A stretch of DNA of 63,715 nt, counting the filler, from Octopus bimaculoides (Eukaryota), in the NCBI RefSeq assembly GCF_001194135.2. It is 8 parts of 8 records of this genome, joined end to end, with 100 filler letters (N's around TTAATTAATTAA, not from the genome) between each part and the next. Parts side by side here need not be neighbours in the genome. Positions count along the whole stretch, not along the records: positions 52,142 to 62,343 come from NC_068984.1; positions 62,444 to 63,715 come from NC_068999.1; 6 more parts are not named here. The stretch is one strand, 5' to 3'. This document shows, one piece after another, positions 61,758 through 63,715 of the stretch; positions within the stretch are counted from its first letter, which is position 1, and each line of letters starts with the position of its first letter. The notes under the pieces were generated by a model, which did not search any database, had not been told where the DNA came from, and was given only the letters and a program-made list of their open reading frames with translations. A program made the translations under genes and the position numbers.

Positions 61758-63100
61758 TCATTCGTCATTGCTCTTTAATTTACATTTAACAGTTCGAGAT
61801 GAAATTGTATTTATAGCCACTATTATAAAGTACTTTATTAGATCGAATGCACCGATTTGCGTATTTGAAACTTTCTTGAATACTTGTTCTATGAAATATA
61901 TTTACTGATTCATTAATAGTGTTGTTGATGTTATGATATGCTGCAGAATAAACACAGATTTTTGCTACAGAATAATGGCAGATATTAATACAATTTTACT
62001 GTGAATAAAAAGGTAGGGATTGGTTGCACTCTGGATTCAATTGTCGTTAGATTCTTATCAGAAATTGTTTCCTTCGTTCATAACTGTTTACAATGAAATT
62101 ATAATTCTTATTACAATATTTTGTTCTTGTATACTACATAATCCCATCTTTTTCACTTACACGCTAGAAAATTTCCACACAAAAATCATAACTAGTGGAT
62201 CTCCGTCGTTCAGCATGGGGGATTCAGTTGTTCAATCAACTGAGTTATATATATAAATCTGTGTATATGTACATATAATTATACACTCACACACATACAC
62301 ATAAACACACATATATGTATCTATATATATATATATATATATANNNNNNNNNNNNNNNNNNNNNNNNNNNNNNNNNNNNNNNNNNNNTTAATTAATTAAN
62401 NNNNNNNNNNNNNNNNNNNNNNNNNNNNNNNNNNNNNNNNNNNATTACAGAGTATAAGTATCTACGGAGCATAAGTATCACATTTATTTTTAAACTTAAC
62501 TTCAAACTTCATTTGTTTTCTATTTTGATAAATTCTCTCTGTTGAAAATTATATTTTTATATTTTAAATAATTTGCAATTTCAGGAAATATGTTTTTATA
62601 TTAAATTTGTGTTTTCTAATAATTGATAGATAGATACATAGTAGATAGATATCAGTAAGTAAGTAAGCCAAAGTATCAACTCAAACCAGCAGACAGACAG
62701 ACAGACGGACACACAGATAGCTCAGCAGGCAAGCAGGCAGACAGGCAGACAGACAGCGACTACTTTCACTTCTGACATCTAATAGCGTGATAGTGCCGAA
62801 AAGTGTAAAATAATAAACGATCTGATAACCTGGAATACTTGTCATTCCCTAATATATATATATGCATGTATGTATATATATATATATATATTTATGTATA
62901 TATTATTCTTTTCTCTGTTTTTATATGTTTGTCATTTGACTGCGACCATGCTGGAGCACCCCCTTTAGTCGAACAAGTCAACCCCAGCACTTATTCTTCG
63001 TGTGTGTAGTACTTATTCTATCGGACGTTTATTGCTGAACCGCTGTATTACGGGGACGTAAACACGCCAACATCGGTAGTCAAGCGATGGTGGTGGACAA

Positions 63101-63142
<42 letters not shown>

Positions 63143-63715
63143 GGATCTTTTTGGTTTGACAGGCAACATTTTTCATTTATTTTTTATGTAGTGTTTTTGA
63201 TACCGAAACACTTTCAAACTTCGTATACTTGTATATTTTGTGTTATAGAACAGATAAAAATGTTTGTATTCGAAGTTGTTTCCTGTTAAACATTGTCTTA
63301 TTTCGATAATTTCAACCAATCACTGACGTCTATTCAGTTCAATACAGTTACTGCTGTGGGGGTGTATATGTTATTAATCCCTGTTAGTTCTGACAGCCAA
63401 CAATAAATATTCCAAATGAACAAACTGACCCACACTTTCCAACTTCACTATGAAATAACAGAATCTATATATACTCTCTCGGTGGAAGAAGTATCATAAT
63501 TACCAAATGGTAATCGGTTAGCATATGCGGGGCCAGTTTGATTTGAAGAAGATTTGGCTGCTATTTCTAGGAAATGAAGCACTTGGTGGAGGTGCATAAA
63601 TAATTCTGCCAGCTCCAATAACAAGTGCAGGCAATATTCAAGTATTTTGATGGCTCTTTCCCCTTATTAGCTATTATTCAATCAACTGAAAGAAGTAGAA
63701 TAGTGTAAGTCAAGC

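Noticed and set aside
1482-62256. Numerous ORF-track entries made of YI/CV/HT/poly-M/poly-X repeats
   Set aside because: They are translations of microsatellites or N-gaps, not genes.

Overview
AT-rich eukaryotic genomic DNA, dense in microsatellites and tRNA-derived SINEs. The repeat landscape suggests a coleoid cephalopod, probably Octopus (inference only). The window is a gapped assembly with many N-runs and seven synthetic 100-bp joins (44 N + TTAATTAATTAA + 44 N). Main content: (1) A complete XBP1 gene on + with three coding exons (11788-12248, 19655-20152, 20798-20978/21634). It has a bZIP, an IRE1 twin-hairpin that predicts an unusually short 20-nt unconventional intron (20065-20084), and two overlapping frames: XBP1u (379 aa, hydrophobic HR2-like segment plus arrest-peptide-like C-terminus) and XBP1s (591 aa). 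(2) A 7-exon minus-strand gene model invisible in the ORF track (50066 to 41596, about 190 aa, no recognised family), broken by one extra base in a homopolymer. (3) Two paralogous 72-nt phase-2 LRR exons on - (28263-28334, 29828-29899). (4) Many mobile elements: three SINE families, R4/Dong-, CRE- and Tx1/L1-like LINE remnants, mariner fragments, hAT, Tc1 and piggyBac-like MITEs, a Helitron-like end, a foldback element with a telomere-repeat core, and Penelope-type repeats with hammerhead-ribozyme-like cores. No CRISPR array, rRNA or convincing tRNA gene.
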